From an uncultured virus (IMG/VR IMGVR_UViG_2061766007_002077) (Duplodnaviria; Heunggongvirae; Uroviricota; Caudoviricetes): a stretch of 25,896 bases of DNA. The stretch lies in the IMG/VR virus record IMGVR_UViG_2061766007_002077, one strand, 5' to 3'. Below, one piece after another: positions 1-10,632 of this stretch (positions are counted from its first letter, which is position 1; every line of letters begins with the position of its first letter). The translations under genes were made by a program, and so were the position numbers. The notes below the pieces were generated by a model. The model worked only from the letters and a program-made list of their open reading frames with translations, was not told the DNA's origin and ran no database searches.

Positions 1-172
1 CAACAGACATTCCTATGTCATAATTGACAGCGAGAGATACCCTGGTAAAGAGGTTGTCTATGACATGGCTACCGGACATGAGTATGTGGTCAATATAGGA
101 TTCACGGAGGCTTTTAAGAATTTGCTTGAATTGACGAAGGAGATTGAATCTGATGGTCAGATTGATAAATGA
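1..172 (+). CDS. 3' end of hypothetical protein (partial)
   Basis: Open frame from base 2 (NRHSYVIIDSERYPGKEVVYDMATG...DGQIDK) to TGA at 170-172; overlaps the next start. Confidence 0.6.
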   Translation, partial: NRHSYVIIDSERYPGKEVVYDMATGHEYVVNIGFTEAFKNLLELTKEIESDGQIDK

Positions 173-869
173 TGATTTCAGGAACTTTGTCCCCACATTA
201 GAGGATGAATCCGTTGATGCCATCATAACAGACCTTCCATATTGTATCTCCAAGGACAACAGCTTCTCCACAATGAAGAACAGACCCTTCAGACAAGGGA
301 TAGACTTCGGTGAATGGGACAAGGACTTTGACATAGGAAGTCTAAAGATACTTGTTCCGAAGTTGAAGAAGGGTGGGACACTTCTTGTGTTCCATTCATT
401 TGAGCAATACATGGATTTGCTGAATGTCCTTGATGGACTGGAACTCAAAGACAGGATTGTGTGGAGAAAGACCAATCCCATGCCGAGAAACAGAGACAGA
501 AGGTATATCTGCAATATAGAGATAGCCTCCTGGTATGTGAAGCCCGGAGATAAATGGATTTTTAATAGGCAATCAGACNNNNNNNNNNNNNNNAGCTATC
601 CCACAGAAAGCAATGACCAGAGGATTCATCCCACACAGAAGAACCTTAATCTCATGATGGATTTGGTCAAGAGACATACCGACAAGGGTGACCTTGTTCT
701 TGACTGCTTCATGGGAAGTGGTGTGACCGGTGTAGCTTGTGTCACCAATGACAGAAGCTTCATAGGTGTGGAGAGGAACACGGAATATTTCGATAAGGCG
801 GTCAAAAGGATAAGGAATGAGACCCCCATGTTCCTCAAAGGAAAGATAGAAGTGATTAAGCCCTCTTGA
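153..869 (+). CDS. DNA N6-adenine/N4-cytosine methyltransferase, beta class
   Basis: Motif IV variant TDLPY near the N-terminus, HPTQK, motif I DCFMGSG near the C-terminus; AAGGAG upstream of ATG 153. Confidence 0.92.
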   Translation: MVRLINDDFRNFVPTLEDESVDAIITDLPYCISKDNSFSTMKNRPFRQGIDFGEWDKDFDIGSLKILVPKLKKGGTLLVFHSFEQYMDLLNVLDGLELKDRIVWRKTNPMPRNRDRRYICNIEIASWYVKPGDKWIFNRQSDXXXXXSYPTESNDQRIHPTQKNLNLMMDLVKRHTDKGDLVLDCFMGSGVTGVACVTNDRSFIGVERNTEYFDKAVKRIRNETPMFLKGKIEVIKPS

Positions 870-890
870 AAAGAGGGTTATTTTTTTTTT
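858..890 (+). terminator. Intrinsic terminator
   Basis: GCCCTCTT-GAA-AAGAGGGT hairpin followed by a T10 tract. Confidence 0.85.
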
Positions 891-895
891 GCCTA

Positions 896-925
896 TTGAC
901 AAAAGATAAAATTATATCGTATAAT
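896..925 (+). promoter_or_regulatory. sigma70-type promoter
   Basis: TTGACA-N18-TATAAT, then AAGGAG and ATG 951. Confidence 0.8.
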
Positions 926-950
926 AATATTGTAATAGAAGGAGAAAGAT

Positions 951-1286
951 ATGAGAAGAGCCCTANNNNNNNNNNNNNNNNNNNNNNNNNNNNNNNNNNN
1001 NNNNNNNNNNNNNNNNNNNNNNNNNNNNNNNNNNNNNNNNNNNNNNNNNNNNNNNNNNNNNNNNNNNNNNNNNNNNNNNNNNNNNNNNNNNNNNNNNNNN
1101 NNNNNNNNNACAGATGGACAGAGAACAAGACTGACCCGTGCACAGGCCTACAATAAGTATCCTCATTTGAAAGAGGATGTTGAATCTGAATTGAAGCAGT
1201 TTAAAAAGGAAGATTGTCGGTCTATAAAATTGTCTTATATGGATGGACTTCAAGTCTGGGCAGAGAAAAATGAGGGAGAAAGATAA
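951..1286 (+). CDS. Hypothetical protein (N-gapped, may be two ORFs)
   Basis: SD + ATG after the promoter; middle masked. Confidence 0.5.
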   Translation: MRRALXXXXXXXXXXXXXXXXXXXXXXXXXXXXXXXXXXXXXXXXXXXXXXXXTDGQRTRLTRAQAYNKYPHLKEDVESELKQFKKEDCRSIKLSYMDGLQVWAEKNEGER

Positions 1287-1630
1287 GAATGAGTGTAGTA
1301 ATCAAGACCATGATTGACCCGCCTCCTTNNNNNNNNNNNNNNNNNNNNNNNNNNNNNNNNNNNNNNNNNNTTGCTCAGTAGTAGACAGATATATTGCTGA
1401 CAATGTTGCACCTTATGATAAGAGAATGGAGTGGTGTCCCTTGAGTAAGCCCGCCGCCTTTTATGTGGATTCTCTTCCAGAATGCTGTGATAAGTGTGAT
1501 TATAAGAGCTTTTGTATCCCTTATGACACTCAGCTCAAGAAGATGCAGGAAAGTAAGAGTGAGCAGATATTCGATATATTCGGTGAAATGATATTGAATG
1601 ATTGTCCTCTTAAGGAAAGGGGGAAGTAAT

Positions 1631-1828
1631 ATGACATTTGAGCAGGCTAACAGATGGGCAAATGCCAACAGCTATGGCAAGAATGATAAGGCAAAGGAAG
1701 CCTTCGGAATCAAGTATTATTCTCCGATATGTGAGTCTTGTGACCACAAGAAAATTTGTTTCTTTTATGATTCTCTGACAGAGCAGTGTAATTTCTATCA
1801 GAGTGGAATTGAGAAGGAAAATAAATGA
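1631..1828 (+). CDS. Small Cys-rich hypothetical protein
   Basis: ATG 1631 after GGGGAAG; CxxC motif (CESC). Confidence 0.6.
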   Translation: MTFEQANRWANANSYGKNDKAKEAFGIKYYSPICESCDHKKICFFYDSLTEQCNFYQSGIEKENK

Positions 1829-2047
1829 GTGAAGCGGAGTACATGGCTATTAGTGGGGAGTTTGATGACCCAATTTATATTTGGGATGATTTTGAACTTG
1901 TGAAGAACAGAACTTGGATGCAGAGANNNNNNNNNNNNNNNNNNNNNNNNNNNNNNNNNNNNNNCTCTACCGAAGACACGCAGAAACGGTTGATAGTTGG
2001 ATTAATGTATTTGAGGCTGAACTTGAAAGAAGAAGAAAGGGAGAATA

Positions 2048-2374
2048 ATGAGTTCATTGAATTGGAATTCTGTAAGAGACCTTAATGATATAAATAAAAT
2101 CATTGAAGAAGGTGGGAATGATAACTTTGAAGGGCTGGATAATGCTGATAAAATCATAAATATCAGCAAGACTGAATGGGGTGACTATATGGTTTTTTGG
2201 AGGCAGGAAGTTGAGGTAATTCCAGCTTCTAAGCATGGACGGATTGTGGATTTAGACAAGGTTCTTGATTGGCTTATCAATGAGAAGNNNNNNNNNNNNN
2301 NNNNNNNNNNNNNNNNTGCACTTTCTGATGCACCGGTAATCTTGGAGGCTAATAATGAGGAGATAACTGGATGA
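2048..2374 (+). CDS. Hypothetical protein
   Basis: GGAG SD; coupled to neighbouring ORFs. Confidence 0.6.
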   Translation: MSSLNWNSVRDLNDINKIIEEGGNDNFEGLDNADKIINISKTEWGDYMVFWRQEVEVIPASKHGRIVDLDKVLDWLINEKXXXXXXXXXXALSDAPVILEANNEEITG

Positions 2375-2565
2375 GTATTCAGAAAGCAGTTAATATGGAA
2401 GATTGTCTGAGAAAGCTCAGACTGGTTTCAGAGACACTTGAGGAGTATGGTGACCCGGAATCAGAATCCCTTTCCATGCTTATTGATGATTGTATTGATT
2501 ATCTTATGGACTTGAATTGCCTTATTTGCGGAAGAGAGTTCAAGGTGAATGTCAAGGAAGGTTGA
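2371..2565 (+). CDS. Hypothetical protein
   Basis: GAGGAG SD; ATGA start/stop overlap. Confidence 0.6.
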   Translation: MSIQKAVNMEDCLRKLRLVSETLEEYGDPESESLSMLIDDCIDYLMDLNCLICGREFKVNVKEG

Positions 2566-2718
2566 TTCCCATGATTATACCTGTAAGAGTCTGTTATCCT
2601 GAAATACAGAACAAAGGCAAGTTCAGGTGGAAGAGAAAGGAACTGAACAGATTGTTCACATTCATTGTTTGGGAGAAAGGGGCCATCTACAAAAGTGATA
2701 TTCTGAATTGATGAAATG

Positions 2719-2748
2719 ATGCCCTTTTGAAAAAGAGGGTATTTTTTT
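2719..2748 (+). terminator. Intrinsic terminator
   Basis: ATGCCCTTTT...AAGAGGGTAT hairpin + T tract; near-copy of the terminator at 858. Confidence 0.85.
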
Positions 2749-2756
2749 ATACTCTA

Positions 2757-2785
2757 TTGACAAGTTCCGCCATATATGGTATGAT
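2757..2785 (+). promoter_or_regulatory. sigma70-type promoter with extended -10
   Basis: TTGACA-N17 (TGn)-TATGAT. Confidence 0.85.
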
Positions 2786-2808
2786 GTATATGTAAAGAGG
2801 AGAGAAAT

Positions 2809-3048
2809 ATGAACATTTACAAGTTGGTATTGAAAGACGGAAGAAAGGTTGAGGGCGAGGNNNNNNNNNNTGCAGTAAGAGCTGCCAGCAGATATATCGC
2901 AAGAGGAATGGGACTGAAATCATCCGAAGTTAGAATTGAGGATGAGGTCAGATATATTGGTTCAAGAATCAATTTCTATGATGCAGGAAATGACGATAGG
3001 CTCAATGATATCTACATTGAGGTCATCAGGACAAATGACGAGGTATAG
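2809..3048 (+). CDS. Hypothetical protein
   Basis: AGAGGAG SD; first gene after the promoter. Confidence 0.7.
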   Translation: MNIYKLVLKDGRKVEGEXXXXAVRAASRYIARGMGLKSSEVRIEDEVRYIGSRINFYDAGNDDRLNDIYIEVIRTNDEV

Positions 3049-3051
3049 GGT

Positions 3052-3351
3052 ATGGACTTAAATGTTTTCTGGACAATTATGGCAGAAATCATTATACTTC
3101 TTCTGTATATAATCTATGTATGGGTGAAGTGCAGGGTGAATGCCTTTGATGTGAGAAGATATATGAGGGATAACCTCGCGTTTTTTCTGTTCACATTCAT
3201 CACAAGTTCAATTTTGATNNNNNNNNNNNNNNNNGATGCTTCATATCAAGTTCAGGTACAAAGACGAGTACTCCAATTGGGAGTGGAGAGAGCAGGAATG
3301 TCATGTCAGTTCCGTAGAGGAGTGCAAGAAGATTTACGGACTTGGCATTGA
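3052..3351 (+). CDS. Predicted membrane protein (3' frame uncertain across gap)
   Basis: Two hydrophobic segments. Confidence 0.5.
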   Translation: MDLNVFWTIMAEIIILLLYIIYVWVKCRVNAFDVRRYMRDNLAFFLFTFITSSILXXXXXXDASYQVQVQRRVLQLGVERAGMSCQFRRGVQEDLRTWH

Positions 3352-3390
3352 TTGTGATTATGAGATTATCTCCGTTGAGGAGGATAAGTG

Positions 3391-3681
3391 ATGGACTACA
3401 CAGATTTTGAAATCAAATGTTTCGATTACCTTGAGAGATTAAGGCAGTCAGGTGTCACCAATATGTTTGGTGCCTGTCCTTATCTTGAAAGAAGGTTCAA
3501 GATTTCTCATAGGGATGCCAGCAATGTTCTCAGCAAATGGATGAAGAACTATGAGGACATCAAGGAAATGAGAAATTGGACAGATGATATGCCTTTGACC
3601 TATAAGGACATAAGGACTAGTATTCCTGTTTATCTTGATGAATGGGACGATGATGAAGATGATTACGAGGACGAGGAGTGA
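3391..3681 (+). CDS. Conserved phage protein (DUF5049-like LRxSGxTNMF motif)
   Basis: YLERLRQSGVTNMFGA motif; GAGGAGG SD; acidic tail. Confidence 0.65.
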   Translation: MDYTDFEIKCFDYLERLRQSGVTNMFGACPYLERRFKISHRDASNVLSKWMKNYEDIKEMRNWTDDMPLTYKDIRTSIPVYLDEWDDDEDDYEDEE

Positions 3682-3683
3682 GA

Positions 3684-4112
3684 ATGAGCACCAGAAGTTT
3701 GATTGGAATTATGAACAAGGATGGTAGCATTACCAATGTGTATTGTCATTTCGATGGATATCTTGATGGAGTAGGGATTACTCTTGTTGAGAACTATGAC
3801 ACAGAAGATAAGGTCAATGATCTTCTCAAGAACGGAGATATGAGTTCCCTTGGGGATACCATCAGTTCTTGTGAGTTCTACAAGGACAGGGGTGAGGACG
3901 GTATTGATGCCAAGACCATTCCTGCTGATGTTTCCAATATCAAGGATGTCTATTATGAGAGTGGGCAGAATTGTTGGGCTGATTATGTGTATCTCTTTGA
4001 GGACGGAAAGTGGTACTACTCTCTTGAAAGAGCCAAGTATGATAATGGAAAAATAACTTATCTGCCAGCTGAATGGAAGCTTGTTGTGGAGGGCCTGAAT
4101 GAAAAGGATTAA
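3684..4112 (+). CDS. Conserved phage hypothetical protein (MSTR...YCHxDGY family)
   Basis: MSTRSLIG...VYCHFDGY...VG motif recognised from phage proteins; GAGGAG SD. Confidence 0.75.
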   Translation: MSTRSLIGIMNKDGSITNVYCHFDGYLDGVGITLVENYDTEDKVNDLLKNGDMSSLGDTISSCEFYKDRGEDGIDAKTIPADVSNIKDVYYESGQNCWADYVYLFEDGKWYYSLERAKYDNGKITYLPAEWKLVVEGLNEKD

Positions 4113-4860
4113 GCAGTGGATTTCTACCATTAGGAAAAGAAGAAATATGTTCAATGACTTTGATTTCGCCGAGTGGGAAAGGGATTTGAGTGAGGAAGTA
4201 TGAGCAATACAAGACCCAGTATTTCCCCTTATGAAGCCCTGGACCTTATCTGTAAGATATGCGAGAAAGAATATAATTCTGGTAAGAGGAAGATAAACAT
4301 AAATAAGGTATGGAATATAGCCTATATGGGTATCTCCTATAATCCTGATACCAGCACTTCTTCTTTTCATAATGAGGTATCATCTACAACAACTTTATAG
4401 GAGAAAGATATGATTGATGATAGCCATTTGTTCGATGATTACAAGCCGGTCGCAGGGGAGAAGGAAACTGATGTCCTGCTTAGAATTGAGAGGAAACTTG
4501 ATAAGCTGATTGACCTCATGTCAAGAAGTACTCCCATTCCCTCAAATATTTGCAGCNNNNNNNNNNNNNNNNNNNNNNNNNNTCTTTGAAGATGAATATG
4601 GACATAGAACAACAGAAGCGGAATTGAGGAAGTATCAGGAAATAATGATGAACCTTTGGAATGATTCCGTTGATGATGTCTATGACAAGGAGAGATTCTG
4701 GAATGAGCCTGAAAAGTGATTTGGAAGATATTAAACATAATTTAAAAATGATTAACTTATGGATTAATAAGGACAGATACCATATGACTATTAAAAGTGG
4801 AACAGAGATTGAGCTTACTTCCACTCCAAAAAATTATGGAAGAAGAGTGGAGATAGAAAA

Positions 4861-5100
4861 ATGAAGTACAGACAAAAGCCAGTTATTATTGAGGCCATTA
4901 AGTATGTAGGTGGGACTGCCTTTGATGAGGAGATTCCCAAGTGGCTTAGAGACGCCTATGAGAATCATACGGTGTATTGGGAAAATAATGAGCTCTGTAT
5001 CAAGGTCTCTAAATATGTTCATCATGTGAGTGACGGTGATTATGTTATCAGGGATGCCCAAGGTGTAATATATCCTTGTAAGCCTGATATCTTTGAGCAG
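4861..5100 (+). CDS. Phage PGDYG-like protein (3' end masked)
   Basis: KYRQKPVIIEA...GDYVIR...YPCKPDIF motifs. Confidence 0.75.
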
Positions 5101-5449
5101 NNNNNNNNNNNNNNNNNNNNNNNNNNNNNNNNNNNNNNNNNNNNNNNNNNNNNNNNNNNNNNNNNNNNNNNNNNNNNNNNNNNNNNNNNNNNNNNNNNNN
5201 NNNNNNNNNNNNNNNNNNNNNNNNNNNNNNNNNNNNNNNNNNNNNNNNNNNNNNNNNNNNNNNNNNNNNNNNNNNNNNNNNNNNNNNNNNNNNNNNNNNN
5301 NNNNNNNNNNNNNNNNNNNNNNNNNNNNNNNNNNNNNNNNNNNNNNNNNNNNNNNNNNNNNNNNNNNNNNNNNNNNNNNNNNNNNNNNNNNNNNNNNNNN
5401 NNNNNNNNNNNNNNNNNNNNNNNNNNNNNNNNNNNNNNNNNNNNNNNNN

Positions 5450-5830
5450 GAGTTTGAGGAATACCTTGTTCTCCAGGACAAGTTTATTGACAAGTGTAAT
5501 ACCATTGCTTCCATCTTTGCTGAGGTAGTGGAAGATTTTATGTATGCTGACAACTGGTCTATTGAGCCTCCTTTTGAGACCTGTACTGGTTTCAGAGAGA
5601 TTGGTTATGTCTATTGTAGGGGTTGCCTTGACAGAGTTTTCCATATACCTTTCCAGTATATCTATATGACAGAAGATGAACTGAGGGATGTTGTTAAGAA
5701 CCACCCTGAACGGATTAGGGCAATGGTCCATGTTGATGAATATTGGGAGAGTTGTGAGCCCGATGACTTGAGTGATGCTGAAAGAGAGCTTGATGAGGGG
5801 TTGGCTGAATTGAAGGACATCAAGGTATGA
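5450..5830 (+). CDS. Hypothetical protein (start masked)
   Basis: Long open frame after the gap with phage-like codon usage. Confidence 0.6.
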   Translation, partial: EFEEYLVLQDKFIDKCNTIASIFAEVVEDFMYADNWSIEPPFETCTGFREIGYVYCRGCLDRVFHIPFQYIYMTEDELRDVVKNHPERIRAMVHVDEYWESCEPDDLSDAERELDEGLAELKDIKV

Positions 5831-5879
5831 TTATAAAGACAAGGGAAGANNNNNNNNNNNNNNNNTTTTGCCTAAGGAT

Positions 5880-5908
5880 TTGAGAATGAAGGAATTATCT
5901 GTTATATT
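5880..5908 (+). promoter_or_regulatory. Probable sigma70 promoter
   Basis: TTGAGA-N17-TATATT with TG; shares TTATCTGTTATATTATAGA with the promoter at 9356. Confidence 0.55.
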
Positions 5909-6077
5909 ATAGATATATGTTGATAACAAATAGCATAAAGGATTACTGGACGATATGTGATTTATACAGATGGNNNNNNNNNNNNNNNNNNNNNNNNNNN
6001 NNNNNNNNNNNNNNNNNNNNNNNNNNNNNNNNNNNNNNNNNNNNNNNNNNNNNNNNNNNNNNNNNNNNNNNNNNNNN

Positions 6078-6666
6078 AGAGGAGTTTCATTCATTGTTTG
6101 ACTTGAATAGACCGAAGCACAAGATTAAGGTATTCAACAGAGAGGACTTTGAGGAGTATATCAAGGGTGGGCTTAAAGACAATGAAGCCTATATTGAGGT
6201 ATTTTCAGGTCCTTATGGAAAGCCAATCATAAAAGATACCGAGAAATACCCAGAGGGTGAGCAAGTATTGAGAATGGATTTTGAGGACTTGCCCGAGGAA
6301 ATGTATTGGCCTGGTTGTGAGGGAAGGTTTATCAATCCCACAATCACCTATTATGATGCCAAGAGAGCAGTTCTGTTCATTGAGAAGAACGAGGGTAAGG
6401 ATTTCATAATTCATTGTGATGCAGGAGTAAGCAGGAGTCAGCAGATAGCAGGATATATTCTCATAACAAAGTGGTGGGATTATGAATATGATGATAAGGA
6501 ATCAACACATTCACACCATCTTCCTAATTCAATCGTATTGACAAGGCTTCTTATGGCTGAACATTCACTGCTTCCCAGATTCCGAAATAGGGACGGAGCT
6601 TTCCATTATGACGGAAAGATGGATGCTTGGGTTCATAGGGACTACAAGAAGGAGGAGATACGCTGA
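6078..6666 (+). CDS. Protein-tyrosine/dual-specificity phosphatase family protein (start masked)
   Basis: Catalytic HCDAGVSRS (CX5R) P-loop; upstream FED acid loop. Confidence 0.85.
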
Positions 6667-6859
6667 GTGCTTTTATAAGTATCTTTGGGATTTTGCTTTT
6701 GGCTTATGTCATTGTCACCGGAATTACCTTTCTTTTGGGAATGATATTAGGTCTTTCAGCTTTTGTGTTGAGATTCCTGTTCAAATACTTTACAATAGGG
6801 ATAGGAGTGATTATAATATTGGTATGGATGATATTTATTCTGTTATAAGGCGGTAAGAT

Positions 6860-7273
6860 ATGAAGGCAAAGGAATGTATAGATATGGTCAAGAAGGCCAT
6901 TGAGAAGATTGAGCTGAGTGATAACACCACGGATTTCCAGGAGGCTGTTGTAGATATCCTTGTAGATACCATAGAGACCCTTGAAGACCTTACTGAGTTC
7001 ATCGGTGATAGTGATAACTTTAAGCACAGAGAACTTGTTGACGAGAGAATCACAAACGTTGATTTGGCCTATATCCTTTCAAATGGATATGGTGAGGTCC
7101 TTGATGAGGAGAATCAGATGAGAATGACTTTCTGGTGTTATTCTTGTGAGGATGCCTATAGTCCTGTTCCTGATGGATTCAAGGTGAGGAAGTGGGGTTG
7201 TTCGTTTGTTGAGCCTACAGAAAGCTTTTACTATGAGTTCCTTAATTGGCTTGATGAGAGGTATCCGGTATGA
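6860..7273 (+). CDS. Hypothetical protein
   Basis: 137-aa ORF coupled to the next gene. Confidence 0.7.
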   Translation: MKAKECIDMVKKAIEKIELSDNTTDFQEAVVDILVDTIETLEDLTEFIGDSDNFKHRELVDERITNVDLAYILSNGYGEVLDEENQMRMTFWCYSCEDAYSPVPDGFKVRKWGCSFVEPTESFYYEFLNWLDERYPV

Positions 7274-7722
7274 CAATCAAGACCTGTGATATTTGCGGAA
7301 TAGAAATAGACGAGGATTACACAAGATACCATTATGCATATGATTTGACCTTTGAGGGTCAGAAGCCCCATCAGACCAGAGATGCAGGAAATGGGATGAA
7401 GATATCCACCTTGGTGTGTTATACAGAGCCAAGAAGATATCATCTTAATCTATGCAGCCGTTGCGGTTCAGCCTTTGAGAAGGTCATAGGGGATACCATT
7501 GAGAAGCTTAAGAAGGTCAATGAGATGAATATGGAGAGTCTGACCGAGCTGATGAAAAACGCCGTGATAAAGGAGTCAGCTAAGATAGACAATACTTTGT
7601 TCCTCATGGATTGGGCTGAGTGGAACAGGAATCATCCTGAGGCTCCCATAAGTTATGATGATGCCACAAGGACATATTCAATCGGAACTGTTGGTGAGGT
7701 AAATGGTGAGGATTCCGTATGA
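7270..7722 (+). CDS. Zinc-ribbon hypothetical protein
   Basis: CDIC...LCSRC pairs. Confidence 0.7.
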   Translation: MTIKTCDICGIEIDEDYTRYHYAYDLTFEGQKPHQTRDAGNGMKISTLVCYTEPRRYHLNLCSRCGSAFEKVIGDTIEKLKKVNEMNMESLTELMKNAVIKESAKIDNTLFLMDWAEWNRNHPEAPISYDDATRTYSIGTVGEVNGEDSV

Positions 7723-7919
7723 GAGACCCTAACAGAATTGACAAGTTCTTAAAGGTTCTTGGTGATAACTGGAAGAAAGTTCCGGATTGGAGATTTGGAC
7801 AACTTGTTGAGAACATCATGGATTATACCAAGCGGGACGGTTATACAGATTTGTTCTTCATTGAGGACGATGATTTTGAATATTATATAGAGAAGTTCTT
7901 TGGGGACAGCGACGAATGA
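7719..7919 (+). CDS. Conserved phage protein (MRDPxRI...PDxRFGQL family)
   Basis: Motif recognised from phage proteins. Confidence 0.75.
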   Translation: MRDPNRIDKFLKVLGDNWKKVPDWRFGQLVENIMDYTKRDGYTDLFFIEDDDFEYYIEKFFGDSDE

Positions 7920-8066
7920 CTTTGCTCTTAATTGGTCTTGGTCTGATACTTATGGGTATAGTGGGTTTAGGAATATATGTAGGATACTGCTTATTTATCT
8001 TATGTGATGATTTGGAAAAGTTATGACAATCAGAGAAGTGCTTATAAGCAGGACTAATTAAACGAT

Positions 8067-8360
8067 ATGGATATAGAACATAATTTGGATGAATTGCTTG
8101 ATATAACTACCAATTATCTTGATAGTCAGGATGTTTCCAGGTACTTGCCCGCGGATGGAAATACTCTTGATGCTGATGTACTGGCAGAACAGATGGTTAA
8201 AGATATCGAGCAGGGAATTCTCGATGAGCTCCCACCTGAGCTTAGGGGAAATCTGTTTTACGCTTATGACCTCTGGGATTTGGTATGTTATTTCAGACGG
8301 AGATATGACTTAAATATCAGAGAAGAGGTATTTTATAAATACTATATTTCTGAAAAATGA
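8067..8360 (+). CDS. Hypothetical protein
   Basis: 97-aa acidic ORF; no SD, preceded by ACTAATTA. Confidence 0.6.
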   Translation: MDIEHNLDELLDITTNYLDSQDVSRYLPADGNTLDADVLAEQMVKDIEQGILDELPPELRGNLFYAYDLWDLVCYFRRRYDLNIREEVFYKYYISEK

Positions 8361-8471
8361 TTTTTGTGTACCGGCCTAATCGTAATAAAGGCCGATATTG
8401 AAAGAAATACTGCTAATAAGGAAAATTGTAACCTTTGTAGAAAATTGTATCTTTCCTTGAAAGGAAACTTC

Positions 8472-8993
8472 ATGAAAAAGGCTATAGTTGCACTTATGTT
8501 GGTAATCTGTGCAGCAACCCTATTTGCAGCATCTTGGTCACAGACAATCGTACTGGTGTCTGTTGTCGAAATTGAAAGACCTAACTTCAGACTTGAAGTT
8601 GCTAACGTAACCAACGGTTATGTCAAGCACTCCACTGGTGATGAAGTGGCTATCGGAACCCTGAATGCCCAGCATGATGTCAAGGCCGACTTGTTCGTAA
8701 GGCAGACAGATTCAAGATTCAGAGGTATGGTAGAGTTGGACATTACATTTACAGAGCTTTACCACGATGGTTATCACACCGAAGGTATGAAGATTTCTGG
8801 AAATGTTATTGAGAAGGAAGGAAGGGAAGGTTCTTTATCAGTTATTGGAAATAAGGTCCAGATTGATTTGGATTACAGCAGATGTGTAATGGAGTCCAAT
8901 GTAGCTGAATTATCAGTTGAGTACAATGGAAACCCAAATCTTCCTGAGGGAGAGTATGTTTCCCTTATAATGATGTCCTATGTGGTCAGATAA
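8472..8993 (+). CDS. Secreted/periplasmic beta-rich protein with signal peptide
   Basis: MKKAIVALMLVICAATLFA|A signal peptide; AAGGA SD; alternating beta-strand pattern. Confidence 0.75.
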   Translation: MKKAIVALMLVICAATLFAASWSQTIVLVSVVEIERPNFRLEVANVTNGYVKHSTGDEVAIGTLNAQHDVKADLFVRQTDSRFRGMVELDITFTELYHDGYHTEGMKISGNVIEKEGREGSLSVIGNKVQIDLDYSRCVMESNVAELSVEYNGNPNLPEGEYVSLIMMSYVVR

Positions 8994-9311
8994 TTGTAAN
9001 NNNNNNNNNNNNNNNNNNNNNNNNNNNNNNNNNNNNNNNNNNNNNNNNNNNNNNNNNNNNNNNNNNNNNNNNNNNNNNNNNNNNNNNNNNNNNNNNNNNN
9101 NNNNNNNNNNNNCACTAACTATATCAGTTAAAAGGAGACACGGAAATGGATGTGGTATTTTCAATTATCTTCGGTGCTCTCTTCTTTGGCTTACTTGCAT
9201 ACACTGCTAAAAATGCAGGTNNNNNNNNNNNNNNNNNNNNNNNNNNNNNNAGTTCGTCACGAAATACGGACCATATGACAACGATTAAGAAGAAAGACTA
9301 CTGAAGCAAAA

Positions 9312-9333
9312 GAGCCCTAAGGGGCTTATTTTT
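9312..9333 (+). terminator. Intrinsic terminator
   Basis: GAGCCC-TAAG-GGGCTT + ATTTTT. Confidence 0.7.
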
Positions 9334-9355
9334 GTTTATAAGGACTAATTATATA

Positions 9356-9384
9356 TTGACATAATGCTGATTATCTGTTATATT
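9356..9384 (+). promoter_or_regulatory. sigma70-type promoter with extended -10
   Basis: TTGACA-N17 (TGn)-TATATT. Confidence 0.8.
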
Positions 9385-9407
9385 ATAGACAGATAGGGAG
9401 TTTAAAT

Positions 9408-9812
9408 ATGACCAAAGCACTTGCCAGATGTAGTTTCAAAGAGTTCGTGAACAGCCAGTTCTTTAATGATTTCTGTACTCAGGATAGGAGAGGTAGGGAT
9501 AATTATATCAGTGATTATACCCCAGGCTTTACTCAGTATAGGCTTNNNNNNNNNNNNNNNNNNNNNNNNNNNNNNNNNNNNNNNNNNNNNAATGGAAAAT
9601 GGGTTAAGTTCGTTGATTTTTCGGATGAACAGGCTGAGGATGACTTCATCTGTGGGCTTTTTGGTGATAGAGATACCGGTAAGCCCTTTTGTGTAGATAT
9701 TACTAATAACCAGTTCTCTTTTGTTTTCAATCTTTCAGAGGAGCAGATTGAAGCTTTGGAGCAATCTGCTGATTACGATGATAATTACTTCCCGAATTAT
9801 GTAGTTGAATAA
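9408..9812 (+). CDS. Hypothetical protein
   Basis: GGGAG SD after the promoter. Confidence 0.7.
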   Translation: MTKALARCSFKEFVNSQFFNDFCTQDRRGRDNYISDYTPGFTQYRLXXXXXXXXXXXXXXXNGKWVKFVDFSDEQAEDDFICGLFGDRDTGKPFCVDITNNQFSFVFNLSEEQIEALEQSADYDDNYFPNYVVE

Positions 9813-9902
9813 TTCTTTCCAACTGATATTTCTCATATTTTTTCTTTAAGGGGCTTGATAATCAGCCCCTTTTTTTGTATATTATTATTGAGGAAATACA
9901 TT

Positions 9903-10610
9903 ATGATACACATAACAGGAGACACACACGGATATTGGGACGAGAGGGAGAACTTCCTTCAGTCACTCCCTAAGACAGATATAGTGATATGCCTTGGAGA
10001 CCTCGGGTGGTCATGGGATATCAACCATATCAATGGATTTGTTCCTAGTTGTGAATGGCTGTCTGTATTGGGGAATCATGAGAACTATACCCTCATTGAG
10101 AAGATGCCCGTTGTGGAGAAATACGGCGGAAAGATGAGGCAGATGAAGGACAACGTATTCTATCTCATGAATGGAGAAATGTATGAGATAGAAGGTAAGA
10201 AGTTCTTTGTGTTCGGAGGTGCCTTATCCATAGACAAGCATTACAGGACACCATATGTGTCATGGTGGCCTCAGGAGCAACCTACAAGGGAGGACTTCAA
10301 TCATGCCCTTGACACATTGGAGAGGAACAACTGGACATTTGATGTCATGCTGACCCATACCGCTGAGACAGAGATAGTGAGGGAGATGCTCGGGAGGCAG
10401 GACACAATAAATGACAGCACAGAGACAATGATACTGGAGTTGAAGTATCAGATAAAGGAACATGGAGGAAAGTTCAGTTATCACTTCTTCGGTCATATGC
10501 ATGATTACTGGATTTACTGCAACAATCTTGATTATCTGTGTATGTGCCTTTATGACCAGGTGTACAATCTTGATAAGAAAGACCTTGAGTTCCCCTTGAC
10601 ATATTTCTGA
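9903..10610 (+). CDS. Calcineurin-like metallophosphoesterase
   Basis: GDTHG, GD, GNHE, TH and GHMH metal-binding motifs. Confidence 0.92.
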   Translation: MIHITGDTHGYWDERENFLQSLPKTDIVICLGDLGWSWDINHINGFVPSCEWLSVLGNHENYTLIEKMPVVEKYGGKMRQMKDNVFYLMNGEMYEIEGKKFFVFGGALSIDKHYRTPYVSWWPQEQPTREDFNHALDTLERNNWTFDVMLTHTAETEIVREMLGRQDTINDSTETMILELKYQIKEHGGKFSYHFFGHMHDYWIYCNNLDYLCMCLYDQVYNLDKKDLEFPLTYF

Positions 10611-10632
10611 GAATAAATCTTATTCAAGGCTA

